Made by a program: the position numbers and the translations under genes. A DNA stretch of 64,000 nt, from contig JAGYJW010000007.1 in NCBI GenBank assembly GCA_018401435.1, positions 86,615 to 150,614 of the forward strand. The letters run 5' to 3'. Origin of the DNA: Deltaproteobacteria bacterium (GTDB lineage: Bacteria > Myxococcota_A > UBA796 > UBA2385). The notes beneath the pieces are model-generated. The model did not search any database, had not been told where the DNA came from, and was given only the letters and a program-made list of their open reading frames with translations. Positions 38,352 through 48,098 of this stretch are shown one piece after another; the stretch's first letter is position 1, and each line of letters starts with the position of its first letter.

Positions 38352-39097
38352 TGTGCCCCCCCCGCGCGGGCGGCGCCGGCCTCTTCTTCGGTGATCTGCA
38401 TGAAGACCTGCTCCAAGTCGGTCGAGTCGTGTCCGCTCAACAGCTCGTCTACCGCGCCGAGGGCCACCAGGCGGCCCTTGTAGAGGATGCCCACGCGGTC
38501 GCAGACCTCCTGGGCCGTGTCCAGCGAGTGGGTGGAGAGGAAGACCGTGCGCCCCGAGTCGGCGACCTCGCGGAAGCGCTCCTTGATGCGCCGGGCGCCG
38601 TGGGGGTCCAGGCCCACCATGGGCTCGTCCACAATCAACACCCGGGGTTCATGCAGCAAGGCAGCCGACAGCACCAGGCGCTGCTTCATGCCGTGGCTAT
38701 AGGCCTCGATCAGCTCGTCTGCCCGGACCAGCAGGTCGTTGTCGGCCAGCAGCATGTCGCCGCGCTCGGCGGTGCGGGCGGGGTCCATGCCATAGATGCC
38801 CCCCACGAATTGCAGGAATTCCCGCGCGGTGAGCTTGTCGTAGAGGTAGGGCCGATCGGGGATATAGCCCACCCGGCGCTTGCTTTCGACGGGTTCTTCC
38901 ACGATGTCGATGCCGTCGATGAGGATGCGGCCCGATGTGGGCGTGAGCACCCCCGCGAGCATGCGGATGGTGGTGGTCTTGCCCGCGCCATTGGGGCCCA
39001 GGAAGCCGAAGACCTCGCCGGCGTGCACATGCAGGTCCAGGGGCTGGAGGGCCTGGAAGCTGCCGTAGCGCTTCTCGACGGCTTCGAGGCGGATCAT
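38348..39097 (-). CDS. ABC transporter ATP-binding protein (ABC-2/CcmA-like)
   Basis: GPNGAGKTT, YSHGMKQR, IVDEPMVGLD, LSTH. Start is 39097 or 39172. Confidence 0.9.
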   Translation of the reverse strand: MIRLEAVEKRYGSFQALQPLDLHVHAGEVFGFLGPNGAGKTTTIRMLAGVLTPTSGRILIDGIDIVEEPVESKRRVGYIPDRPYLYDKLTAREFLQFVGGIYGMDPARTAERGDMLLADNDLLVRADELIEAYSHGMKQRLVLSAALLHEPRVLIVDEPMVGLDPHGARRIKERFREVADSGRTVFLSTHSLDTAQEVCDRVGILYKGRLVALGAVDELLSGHDSTDLEQVFMQITEEEAGAARAGGAQ

Positions 39098-39158
39098 GGA
39101 CGGGCTCCAGAGCGGGGCATCGACGGGCTGGATGGGCCCCCTATCACCCTGGTTGGCC

Positions 39159-40664
39159 TCATTGATCGCCATCCAGGCGTTGAAAGCCCAGGCGGCCCAT
39201 CACGGCCATGATCTCGACCTGCCGGTCCAGGTCCCCTTCCGCCAGCTTGATGTGGGTGGCGTCGGCGGGGGTCTGGCCAAAGGTGGGGTCTACTGGCACC
39301 CAGTCGCTGTCTCCGCCCAGCCGGACCTCGGGCCAGGCGTGGTAGTAGAAGGCGCCCACGGGGCCGATGCGGTCGCTGTAGACCACCCCGGCGGCGATGC
39401 GGGCCGGGATGCCCGCGGCCCGGGCCAGGCTGACAAAGAGGGCGGTGTGCTCATTGCAGTCCCCTCGGGCGGTGCGCAGCACCTCCAGCCCGTTGGGAAC
39501 ACCCATGCTGGGCACCTTCTCGACGTAATCAAAGACAAAGTCCACCAGGCGCCGGGTCGCATCCAGGCGGGTGCTTGCATCGCCCACCACCTCGGCGGCC
39601 TTGGCGCGCAGATCGGGGTGGGCGGCCTGCAGGGTGAGGGTGGCCTGAAGCCACTCGGGCTCGCTGTCGTCGCGCACCGGCAGGGCCGGCAGGCTGGCGA
39701 GATCGGGGGTGGTCACCGTCACGACATCGCCCTGGACCGCCTGCATCGGGGGCTCGTTGCGCACGCGCTCGGGCTCGACCCCCTTGATGACCAGGCTGAG
39801 CTGGCGGAGGCTGCGGGCGTCGCGGATTCGGCCTTGAAGCTGGACCGCCGACAAGGAGATGAGGTCTACGGGTTCGCCGGTGGTGGGCACGTCCTGGGCG
39901 GCCTCGCGGGTCATCAGCACCGAGGACATGCCCATGGCGCTCTCCTGGCGCAGGGTGTCCCCGGCGGGGGTGACCAGCGCCCGGGCCTCCATGCCGGCGA
40001 AGCGGGTGCTCATCCAGTAGGCCTCTTCGCCGCCATCCAGCACCTCGACCGAGTCCACCACCAACTCCATCTCGCCTTCGGCCATGGTGAGGGGGTCGAA
40101 GTAGGGCACCGAGAAGCGCTTGCCCACCGCCAGCTCCTGGGTGCGGATCAAGGCGTCCAGGCTCTGGCTCACCTGGGGGGGGCGCGCGATGGGGAAGCGC
40201 AGGGTGGAGGTCTCGCCGGCCTGGGTGACATCCATGACGATCTCGTCGCCCACCACGGCCCCCACCGCGCTCAGCCGCACATCGCCCGAGGCCATGAAGA
40301 AGTCGAAGCGCTGCAGCCGGGCCTGGGCATCGGAGAGGGCGGCCCCGGCCGTGATGATCTCCTGCAGCTTGCCGAAGGTGGCCACCCGAAAGCTGGAGCG
40401 GGTCTCATTCAGCGTGCCGCCGTCTTCGGTGGGGGTGGTGCGGGTGACGGTGAAGCCGACGTGCTGGTCCTGGAAGTAGATGCCATACCAGCGCTCCTGG
40501 CCCGGGGCGACGGCCAGCGCGCTGGCGTCGAGCGGCACCTGGAAGGCCTTGTCGCCGCCTTGCACCACCAGGCCCACGGCCAGCCCCAGCCAGGCCACCA
40601 GGCAGAGCAGCTCGAAGAGGGTCAGCAGGTCTGGACGAAGGCGCAAAGGGATCCCGGGGCGCAA
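39159..40664 (-). CDS. Membrane-anchored transglutaminase-like domain protein
   Basis: N-terminal TM segment; Cys-His-Asp triad motifs GDCNEH, YHAWPEV, WVPVDPT. Confidence 0.85.
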   Translation of the reverse strand: MRPGIPLRLRPDLLTLFELLCLVAWLGLAVGLVVQGGDKAFQVPLDASALAVAPGQERWYGIYFQDQHVGFTVTRTTPTEDGGTLNETRSSFRVATFGKLQEIITAGAALSDAQARLQRFDFFMASGDVRLSAVGAVVGDEIVMDVTQAGETSTLRFPIARPPQVSQSLDALIRTQELAVGKRFSVPYFDPLTMAEGEMELVVDSVEVLDGGEEAYWMSTRFAGMEARALVTPAGDTLRQESAMGMSSVLMTREAAQDVPTTGEPVDLISLSAVQLQGRIRDARSLRQLSLVIKGVEPERVRNEPPMQAVQGDVVTVTTPDLASLPALPVRDDSEPEWLQATLTLQAAHPDLRAKAAEVVGDASTRLDATRRLVDFVFDYVEKVPSMGVPNGLEVLRTARGDCNEHTALFVSLARAAGIPARIAAGVVYSDRIGPVGAFYYHAWPEVRLGGDSDWVPVDPTFGQTPADATHIKLAEGDLDRQVEIMAVMGRLGFQRLDGDQ

Positions 40665-40807
40665 GCGACGACGCGCGACCCGCCCAGCCTACTTCAAAGC
40701 GCTGGCGGGCGCCTTGCCGTCGCCCGAGGTCTCCGGTACGAGGCCCCTCCGTCCGCCCTGTCCGCCCGCCGAGCCTGCTCGGGGGGCGGTCGCACTGGGA
40801 GAGAAGC

Positions 40808-42070
40808 ATGCAGATCCTGTCTTGGGGCGCCAGCGATGTCGGCCAGACGCGCAAGGTCAATGAAGACGCCTTCTTGCTGGTCCCCGACGTGGGGCTGGTG
40901 GCGGTGGCCGATGGCATGGGCGGCTTCCAGCGGGGGGACGTCGCCAGCCAGCTCGCCTGCAATGTAGTCAGGGAGCATGTTCTCGCGCATCGGGACACGG
41001 TGGATGCCTATCGGCGCAACCCCAACGACGCCGCCCGTGGGGCGGTCAAGGCCATGCTGGAGACGGGCATCCAGAAGGCCTGCGAGGAGGTCTATGAGGC
41101 CGCCATCGCGATCACCGGCGAGGGCGGGCGCATCGGCACCACCTTTGACGCCTTGCTGGTGGTGGGCACGACGGCCTTCATCGCCCATGTGGGGGATGGT
41201 CGCATCTACCTGCAGCGGGGCTCCGAGGTGCACCAGCTCACCGAGGACCACTCCCTCATCCAGCAGCAGATCAAGGATGGCACCCTCACCCAGGAAGAGG
41301 CCCGCAAGGCCCGCTTCAAGAATGTCATCACCCGGGCCCTGGGCGTCTTCCCCTCGGTGATGGTGGACACCTTGCACTTCGAGCTGGACCTGGGCGACCG
41401 CCTGCTCATCTGCTCGGATGGCATGTACCGCTATGTGGGCCTGCGGGAGCTGGGCTTCACCATGGCCGGCGATGTGGGCGACCGCACGGCTGGCGGCCTG
41501 GTGGAGCTGGCCAACAGCCGGGGCGGCCGGGACAACATCACGGTGGTGCTCTGCCTGGCCGCCGCCGAGGACGAGGCCGAGCGGGTGCCCCCCATCCGAG
41601 AGCGCATGGAGATCCTGCGCAAGGTGGATCTCTTCCAATACTGCACCTACCGCGAGCTGATGGCCCTCTGCGAGATCAGCGAACAGCGCGACCATGAGGC
41701 GGGGGATCTGCTCTTCTCCGAGGGCGATCCGGGCCGCGAGTGCTTTGTGGTGGTGCATGGCGCCATCAGCATCGAGAAGGCGGGGGGGCGCCTCGCCGTC
41801 ATGCGCCCCGCCGACTATTTCGGCGAGATGTCCTTCCTCGACAGCCCCCGGCGCTCCGCCGATGCGGTGGCCATGCAAGCCAGCAGCACCCTGGTGCTGG
41901 ACAAGGACCGCTTCCTGCAACTCATCAAGCAGGACAGCGATCTGGGCGCCAAGCTCATGTGGCAGCTCTTGATGAAGCTGTCGCGCATCGTGCGGCTGAG
42001 CAACGAGCGGCTGCTGGCGGCCACGGTGTCCCTGGAGGCCCTGGACGCGGACCTGGAGCCCCTGGACTGA
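40808..42070 (+). CDS. PP2C/Stp1 Ser/Thr phosphatase with a C-terminal cNMP-binding domain
   Basis: DVGQTRKVNED, VADGMGG, HVGD, NVITRALG, CSDG, GGRDNIT; then LFSEGD, FGEMS, RRSA. Confidence 0.9.
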   Translation: MQILSWGASDVGQTRKVNEDAFLLVPDVGLVAVADGMGGFQRGDVASQLACNVVREHVLAHRDTVDAYRRNPNDAARGAVKAMLETGIQKACEEVYEAAIAITGEGGRIGTTFDALLVVGTTAFIAHVGDGRIYLQRGSEVHQLTEDHSLIQQQIKDGTLTQEEARKARFKNVITRALGVFPSVMVDTLHFELDLGDRLLICSDGMYRYVGLRELGFTMAGDVGDRTAGGLVELANSRGGRDNITVVLCLAAAEDEAERVPPIRERMEILRKVDLFQYCTYRELMALCEISEQRDHEAGDLLFSEGDPGRECFVVVHGAISIEKAGGRLAVMRPADYFGEMSFLDSPRRSADAVAMQASSTLVLDKDRFLQLIKQDSDLGAKLMWQLLMKLSRIVRLSNERLLAATVSLEALDADLEPLD

Positions 42071-42085
42071 CGCGCGGCGGGCCGG

Positions 42086-42892
42086 TCAGAGGGGCGTGCC
42101 GAATCGGCCGTCGCGGAACTCACCAAAGAGGGGCAGGCCGGTCTTGCACTGATCGTAGCTCAGCCAGACAAATCGAGCTTTGCCCTTGATATTGCGCAAG
42201 GGGACATAGCCCCACACCCGGCTGTCGGCGCTGTGGTCGCGGTTGTCGCCCATGACGAAGACCTGCCCCGGGGGCACGGTCTGGGGGCCATAGTCGCTCA
42301 TGCGCAGGGCATAGGATTCGGTGGTGAGCAGCGTGTGGGGGTGGCCATCGAGGTCTTCGGTGAAGGCCTTGGTGGCGCTGGGCCGGCAGTGCTCGTTCAC
42401 GAAGGCGTATTTTTCCTGGTATTGTCGCGGCTGGGCCTTGCTGTTGATGTAGAGCTGGTTGTCCCTGACCTCGATGACGTCGCCGGGCAGCCCCACCACA
42501 CGCTTGACATAGTCCAGGGTGGCGAATGGGGGCACGGGCAGGTCGATGTTGTGCGACAGGAAGGTGTCGTCGGTGCCCGGCTTCACAAAGACCACGATGT
42601 CCCCGCGTTCCGGCAGATCCAGCTCGCCGATGGGCACCCGGGTCAGGGGGATGCGCAGGCCATAGCTATACTTGGTGACCAGGATGTGGTCGCCAATCTG
42701 CAGGGTGGGGACCATGGACCCCGACGGAATGCGGAAGGGCTCGGCGAAGACGGACCGGATGAGCAGGACCGCCAGCAGGGCCGGTCCCCAGGTGCGCAAG
42801 GTGTCCCAGAGCCAGGCCAGGAAGTGGTTGGCTTCCGCATCCGTCGGTGCCGGCGCCTCGGGAGGGGTCTCGGTGTCGGCTGGCTCGGTCAA
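42086..42892 (-). CDS. lepB: Signal peptidase I
   Basis: EPFRIPSGSMVPTL, DYVKRVVGLPGD, MGDNRDHSADSR. Start uncertain (TTG 42892). Confidence 0.93.
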   Translation of the reverse strand: MTEPADTETPPEAPAPTDAEANHFLAWLWDTLRTWGPALLAVLLIRSVFAEPFRIPSGSMVPTLQIGDHILVTKYSYGLRIPLTRVPIGELDLPERGDIVVFVKPGTDDTFLSHNIDLPVPPFATLDYVKRVVGLPGDVIEVRDNQLYINSKAQPRQYQEKYAFVNEHCRPSATKAFTEDLDGHPHTLLTTESYALRMSDYGPQTVPPGQVFVMGDNRDHSADSRVWGYVPLRNIKGKARFVWLSYDQCKTGLPLFGEFRDGRFGTPL

Positions 42893-42969
42893 CGCAATGC
42901 TCGCAGCTACGGGAGGGGCCGGGTCGTAACCCGCAGCTTGCAGGATTACCTTCCCGGAACGGAGCCCCG

Positions 42970-43596
42970 ATGACCGTCCCCCCCCGCCGGCCTGGCCCGC
43001 CGCCCCTCCCTGACCTGGGGCTGGGTGCACTGGCCGAGGCCCTCACCGCCCAGCCCTCGGTGCGCATCGCCGGCGAAGGCTTCTCCCGGGCCGCGGTGGC
43101 CCTGGTGGTGAATCCCGACCTCGACCTGCTCTTCATTCGCCGTAGCGAGCGCGATGGCGACCCCTGGAGCGGCCATATGGCGCTGCCCGGGGGTCGCGTG
43201 GACCCGGCCGACGCCGGGCCCCAGGCCGCCGCCGAACGCGAGACCTGGGAGGAGGTGGGGCTGCCCCTGTCGGGCGCCCAGCTGCTGGGGCCCCTGGACG
43301 AGGTGGCCTCTCCGGTGCGCCGCGGCCACGGGCGCCTGGTGATCAGCCCCTTCGTCTATGCGCTGCCCAGCCACCCCCGCCTGGTGACCAACCACGAGGT
43401 GGCGCAGACCTATTGGTTCGGCCTGCCCCGCATTCTCACCGGTGAGGGCCGCGGCACCTTCGATCTGCGCTGGCAGGGGCGGGTCATCCCCATGCCGGTG
43501 CTGCGGCTGGACGACGCCGAGATCTGGGGTCTCACCTTGGGCATCCTCGACGACCTGGTGCGCCGGCTGGGCCTGCCCCCCGTCAGTGGTCGATGA
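42970..43596 (+). CDS. Nudix CoA pyrophosphatase (NudL/PCD1-like)
   Basis: WSGHMALPGG, AAERETWEEVG, IWGLT; GGAG RBS. Confidence 0.85.
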   Translation: MTVPPRRPGPPPLPDLGLGALAEALTAQPSVRIAGEGFSRAAVALVVNPDLDLLFIRRSERDGDPWSGHMALPGGRVDPADAGPQAAAERETWEEVGLPLSGAQLLGPLDEVASPVRRGHGRLVISPFVYALPSHPRLVTNHEVAQTYWFGLPRILTGEGRGTFDLRWQGRVIPMPVLRLDDAEIWGLTLGILDDLVRRLGLPPVSGR

Positions 43597-45493
43597 GCTC
43601 CACGATCACCACGCCGGTGCCGTCTTCAAAGCTGTGCACCCGGCGGGTGTGCAGCTCGAGCTGACGCAGCAGGATCTGGAAGCCCTCGTCGGTATAGGCC
43701 GCCCGGTCGATGACCACGAAGCGCAAGCCCTCGCGGCGGAGGCGGTCCAGGGTGGCCTGGCGCAGGGGCTCGCTGGTCTCGTCATGGGCCGACCGGGGGA
43801 TGGGCGTGCCCGAAGTGATCGGCTGGCTGAGATCATCCCAGTTGCGCACCAGGGTCAGCAGATCGACGTCGATGCGCATGGGGACCAGCGACTTGAGCTT
43901 GGGGTAGCCCACCACCGGGTGTCCATGGAGCATCTGCATATATTGTTCGTCGGCGCTGCTCAGCCCCTCCCCCAGGTTGGCGAAGACGGGCAGGTCCGCC
44001 CGCTTGCCCGAGCGCGGGGCCGCCCGCACCGCCGGGATGGTGATCACGCCGCCGCTGGGCGCATCTTCGGCCAGCCAGCGGGCGAATTCCAGCTGGGGCA
44101 CCGGCTGTGCGGGGAAGCCGCGGTGCAGGCGGCTGGCCCGAAGCCCCAAGCCCACGCTCGTCACCGCCAACAGCAGCACCGTGCCCACCCTCAGCCCGCG
44201 CAGGGCGGGTCCGGTCAGCCGCCTTGCCAGGCCATCCCACAGGCGGTCGAGGCCCAGGGCGCCGCCCACCAGCAGGCCCATGCTGGCGGGCACCAGGAAG
44301 CGGCGGGGAAAGCGGATGCCTTCGATGCCAGGCAGGGCATAGGCCTTGACATTGATGGTCAGCACCCAGTTTCCGGCCCAGGTGCCCGCCGCCCCCAGCC
44401 ACTGGGCCAGCTCTTTGGGCAGGTAGACATTCCAGCCAAAGCTGAGGATCAAACAAATCGTGCCAGCGACCATCCAGGTGCTGGAGCGCCAGAGCCCGAA
44501 GAGGCCCAGCAGCAGGGCGGCCACCAGCACGCCGGTGGGCATCAGCGTGGGGGCCAAGGAGGCGTCTCGGGGGGCCTCGGGCCCGAAGTCAAACTGCCAC
44601 CAGGCGTGCAGATCGGCGGCATTCATCTGCAGCAGGCGGGCCTTCTCTGCCGGATCCACCGGGTCGAAGGCGAAGTTGGCATAAATCAGCGCCACCAGCG
44701 CCGCGCCCAGCCCCGTGACGCTGGCCAGCACCAGCACGGTGCCCGCCAGGCTGCCGCGGCTGCGATCGCCCCGCAGGCTGCTGGCGGCGGGGCCCACCAA
44801 GCCCAAAGCGCCCAATACGGCGGTAAAGATGGCGTTATAAGGCCCATCGAGGGCGCAGAGCAGGGCGAGCAGGCCAGCCCCCAAGGCCCAGGCCGTGCTG
44901 CGGTCCCGCAAGGCGCGGGAGGTGGCCGCCAGAAATGCCGGCATCGTCCAGACGGCCACATGCTCGGGCGTGCCATCCGAGATGGCAAAGAGCAGCATGG
45001 GCTGGGACAAGAAGGCCGCGCCTGCCACCGCCCCGCTCGCCCAGGAGCCGCCCAGCTCTTTGACCAGCCAGGCGGTGCTCAGCCCTGCCGCCACCAGCAG
45101 TAGCGCCAACGACAGGTTGTAGCCGAAGATCGGCCCGAAGAGCGCGCCTGCGGGGCTGAGCAGGATGGCGCTGCCAAAGGGCAGGATGAGGGCCAGCACG
45201 CCGTGGGGGAAATTCAGCTGTTGCGACCAGAGCGGGGTGTCGGGCGGGACCAGGGAGCGCCGCACATGGTCCAGGCCCCACATGCCGCGGATCGCGTCGG
45301 TGCCAGGATCGCCCAGGATGGCCCTGTTGCCCTCGGGCCAGATCGGGCCGAGAATAAAGGCCACAAGCACCATCAGCAGGCCGGTCACCGGCAGCAGGGA
45401 CCCCCAGGGGATCCGGCGCGGCGGCGGGATGGCCGGGCGAAACTGGCTGTGAAGCTCGGCCTGCGCGGGGTCGGCGGGGGTGTCGGGCGTCAA
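43583..45493 (-). CDS. Polytopic membrane protein, GT-C/YfhO-like glycosyltransferase candidate
   Basis: Many TM segments, N-terminal loop D...W...LNFPHG, RFPRRF, C-terminal periplasmic HGHPVVGY. TTG start overlaps the upstream TGA. Confidence 0.55.
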   Translation of the reverse strand: MTPDTPADPAQAELHSQFRPAIPPPRRIPWGSLLPVTGLLMVLVAFILGPIWPEGNRAILGDPGTDAIRGMWGLDHVRRSLVPPDTPLWSQQLNFPHGVLALILPFGSAILLSPAGALFGPIFGYNLSLALLLVAAGLSTAWLVKELGGSWASGAVAGAAFLSQPMLLFAISDGTPEHVAVWTMPAFLAATSRALRDRSTAWALGAGLLALLCALDGPYNAIFTAVLGALGLVGPAASSLRGDRSRGSLAGTVLVLASVTGLGAALVALIYANFAFDPVDPAEKARLLQMNAADLHAWWQFDFGPEAPRDASLAPTLMPTGVLVAALLLGLFGLWRSSTWMVAGTICLILSFGWNVYLPKELAQWLGAAGTWAGNWVLTINVKAYALPGIEGIRFPRRFLVPASMGLLVGGALGLDRLWDGLARRLTGPALRGLRVGTVLLLAVTSVGLGLRASRLHRGFPAQPVPQLEFARWLAEDAPSGGVITIPAVRAAPRSGKRADLPVFANLGEGLSSADEQYMQMLHGHPVVGYPKLKSLVPMRIDVDLLTLVRNWDDLSQPITSGTPIPRSAHDETSEPLRQATLDRLRREGLRFVVIDRAAYTDEGFQILLRQLELHTRRVHSFEDGTGVVIVELIDH

Positions 45494-46023
45494 GGCGCCT
45501 CCACCTTCCCCTTGGGCTGGCCATCTTCCCAGCGCCAGGTTCCGGCCAGCTGGCCGCTGCGGTGCCACTCCGACCACAGGCCATGGCGCTGGCCGCCGAC
45601 ATAGACGCCCACCTCGTGCAGCTGGCCATTGCCCCAGACGCTCAGGTAGGGGCCGTGGCGCATCTCGGTGTCGGGCAGCACGCAGTACTGCTCCTCCTGG
45701 CGACCCCTGCCTTCGACCCGATCCGTGCCTTCGGGGCAGAGATCGATGCGTTTGGCGGCTTGCACCGCGGGGTAGCTCTCCTCCACCGGGGGCAGGTTCC
45801 GGGGGGCCGGGGTCTCTACCCGCGTGGTGGTGGTCGGGCCTGCCGGGCGGGCGGTGCCTTCGTCGGTGGTGGTGGGGTTCGGGTTGCTGGGGCCCTCGTT
45901 GCCCACCACCACCTCTTGCTCGCCTTCGCGGCGGGACCAGGGCTCGGGCACGTCGTCACCGCCCCCGCAGGCCAGCACCGACAGGCCGAGGAGGAGCAGG
46001 GGAAAGGCGAGGGGACGGGCCAT
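45490..46023 (-). CDS. Lipoprotein with MORN-variant repeats
   Basis: VLAC lipobox; RHGPY..VWGNGQ and RHGLWSEWHRSGQ. Confidence 0.7.
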   Translation of the reverse strand: MARPLAFPLLLLGLSVLACGGGDDVPEPWSRREGEQEVVVGNEGPSNPNPTTTDEGTARPAGPTTTTRVETPAPRNLPPVEESYPAVQAAKRIDLCPEGTDRVEGRGRQEEQYCVLPDTEMRHGPYLSVWGNGQLHEVGVYVGGQRHGLWSEWHRSGQLAGTWRWEDGQPKGKVEAP

Positions 46024-46083
46024 GCCTGAGGGTACCGCGAAGGGGGGAGAGAAGGGGGGCGATCGGTCCAGGGGCGCCCGGAT

Positions 46084-46743
46084 TCAGCGCGCCTCGTCGG
46101 CCAGGGCCTCGATGTCTCGGGCCAGCGCCTCCAGGCCCTCCTCGTCGATGGGGTGAAATGCCCGCACCTCGCCCTGGGGGTCCACCAGCAGGATGCGCTG
46201 GCTGTGCGCGATCTTGGGGCGGCCGTCCTCGGTCTCGCCCAGGCGGTCCACGGTCTGGGCCAGGCTGGCCAGCAGCTGGTCGATGGCCTCGGGCTCTCCC
46301 GTCAGCAGGCGCCACTGGGGCAAGCGGGCGCCATAGCCCTGGCCATAGGCCGCCAGCACCTCGGGGCGGTCAAAGCCAGGGTCCACCGAGATCGACACCA
46401 GGCGCAGCGCGGGACCGTCAAAGGGGCGCTCGCCCAGCGTGTCGGCGATGGCGGCCATCTGGGTGGAGAGGGTGGGGCAGATATCGGGACAGCGGGTGAA
46501 GATGAAGTCCACCAGCACAATGTCGCCCAGCAGGTCCCGGGCGTGGCTGGGTTGGCCCGCCTGGTCGATCAGCGCATAGTCGGGCAGCAGGCCCAGGTGG
46601 GGCGGGGGCTCGGGGGCCTGGGCTTGCCGCCACATCGCCAGGGCGGGCACGGCCAGCACGGCCAGGGCAAAGAGCAGCCAGGCCCAGGGGCGCTGCAGAC
46701 CGCCGTCGGCCAGGGCGGGGCTCTGTGGACTGCTCAGGCCCAC
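46084..46743 (-). CDS. SCO1/SenC copper chaperone
   Basis: FIFTRCPDICP (CxxxC), SISVDP..D, IAHS. Start uncertain. Confidence 0.85.
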   Translation of the reverse strand: MGLSSPQSPALADGGLQRPWAWLLFALAVLAVPALAMWRQAQAPEPPPHLGLLPDYALIDQAGQPSHARDLLGDIVLVDFIFTRCPDICPTLSTQMAAIADTLGERPFDGPALRLVSISVDPGFDRPEVLAAYGQGYGARLPQWRLLTGEPEAIDQLLASLAQTVDRLGETEDGRPKIAHSQRILLVDPQGEVRAFHPIDEEGLEALARDIEALADEAR

Positions 46744-47750
46744 TGATCGACGGCCAGCGCGCCAAAGAGCGTCGTGAGGTGGGCCAGCGTGAACAAGAAG
46801 ACGCGCCGCGCCCAGACCGGCCCGGACTCTTCTCTGAGGCCCTGGATGCACATGCCCAGCAGGTAGAGGCCAAAGACCGAGCCGGTGGCCAGGGTGACCA
46901 GGCCGGCGACATCGGTGTGGTAGAGCGCCAGGGGCAGCATCGCCAGCGGCATGCTGTAGAGCACCATCTGTCGGCGGGTGGCCTCTAGCCCGTGTTCGGT
47001 GGGAAAAACCACCAGGCCCGCCTTCTCGTACTCTTGCTGACGGTAGATGCCGATGGCGAGGCTGTGGGGGATCTGCCACAGGCAGAGCAGCCCGAAGAGC
47101 ACCAGGCCGCCGGCGTCCAGCTGGCCGGTGGCCGCGGTCCAGCCGATCAGCGGGGGCATGGCCCCGGGGATGGCGCCCAGCAGCGTGGACAAGGAGTTGC
47201 GGCGCTTGAGCGGCGTATAGACCAGCACATAGAGGATGAGGGCGATGGCGGCGAGCAGGCCCGCGAGGGGGGTGGTCGCGAAGGTGAGCAGCGGGATGGA
47301 GACGAAGGACAGCGCCAGCCCGAAGGCCAGGGCCACGCCCGGCGCCATGCGGCCGGCTGGCAGCGGTCGGCTGGCGGTGCGCGCCATCAATCGATCGACG
47401 TCTCGTTCCAGGTAGCAGTTCAGCGCGTTGGCCCCGCCCACCACCAGCATCGTGCCCAGGACCGCCGCCAGGGCCGTGAAGGTGGACACCGGCGTGTCCG
47501 ACAGCCAGAGCCCGCCGCCAGCCGTGACCAGCACCAGGGTGCTCAGCCGAGGTTTTGTGAGCGAGATCAGGTCTTTGAGGAATCCTGGGTGGGCGTCTTG
47601 TCCGCCGGCACCCTTGTCCGAGGTCATGCCATCGGCCATCATGAAGCCCTCGCCGCCCGCCGCGGCGGCGAGGGGATCGTCCATGATCGCCGTCCCAGGG
47701 TCGAGCCCGGCGGCCGAAGGGTCGATGGCGAGGCTTCCAGCGCTGCGCAT
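46734..47750 (-). CDS. ctaB: Heme O synthase (protoheme IX farnesyltransferase)
   Basis: LTKPRL, NCYLERDVDRLMARTASRPLP, YTPLKR, GAMPPLIGW, WQIPH. The start may be a downstream Met. Confidence 0.92.
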   Translation of the reverse strand: MRSAGSLAIDPSAAGLDPGTAIMDDPLAAAAGGEGFMMADGMTSDKGAGGQDAHPGFLKDLISLTKPRLSTLVLVTAGGGLWLSDTPVSTFTALAAVLGTMLVVGGANALNCYLERDVDRLMARTASRPLPAGRMAPGVALAFGLALSFVSIPLLTFATTPLAGLLAAIALILYVLVYTPLKRRNSLSTLLGAIPGAMPPLIGWTAATGQLDAGGLVLFGLLCLWQIPHSLAIGIYRQQEYEKAGLVVFPTEHGLEATRRQMVLYSMPLAMLPLALYHTDVAGLVTLATGSVFGLYLLGMCIQGLREESGPVWARRVFLFTLAHLTTLFGALAVDQWA

Positions 47751-47956
47751 TCCATCTCCAGAGGCTGGGGTGCTAACCGGCCCGCTGCGAGGTGGCTGTC
47801 AAGGCTGGCTGTGCCCCTCGCGCCCTGCGCCGACATCGGGGCCCAAGGCGCCCTTCCGACGACGGGTGCACGTGCCGCGGGACCGCAGGCCCCGAGCATG
47901 CTAGTCTTGAGATCCGCATAAGCCGCACAGGCACCGTCAGGGCGCGGTCACGCGCG

Positions 47957-47985
47957 TTGACGGGCCGGCCGGGCGAGGGTTAAGC
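47957..47985 (+). promoter_or_regulatory. Possible sigma70-type promoter for the cox operon
   Basis: TTGACG, 17 nt, TTAAGC; the -10 match is weak. Confidence 0.3.
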
Positions 47986-48098
47986 CGCTGCCCCTTTCGG
48001 GGGTGGTGGCCTCGGGCCTCGCGAGATCGGACCTTCATCGGACTCCCTCGCGCGCTCGACGCCGCAGATCCCTGGGACCGCTAACATCGAGGTGGATC

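Noticed and set aside
45490-46023. YwqK-type toxin-antitoxin module
   Set aside because: Only MORN-like repeats in a lipoprotein; there is no adjacent toxin.
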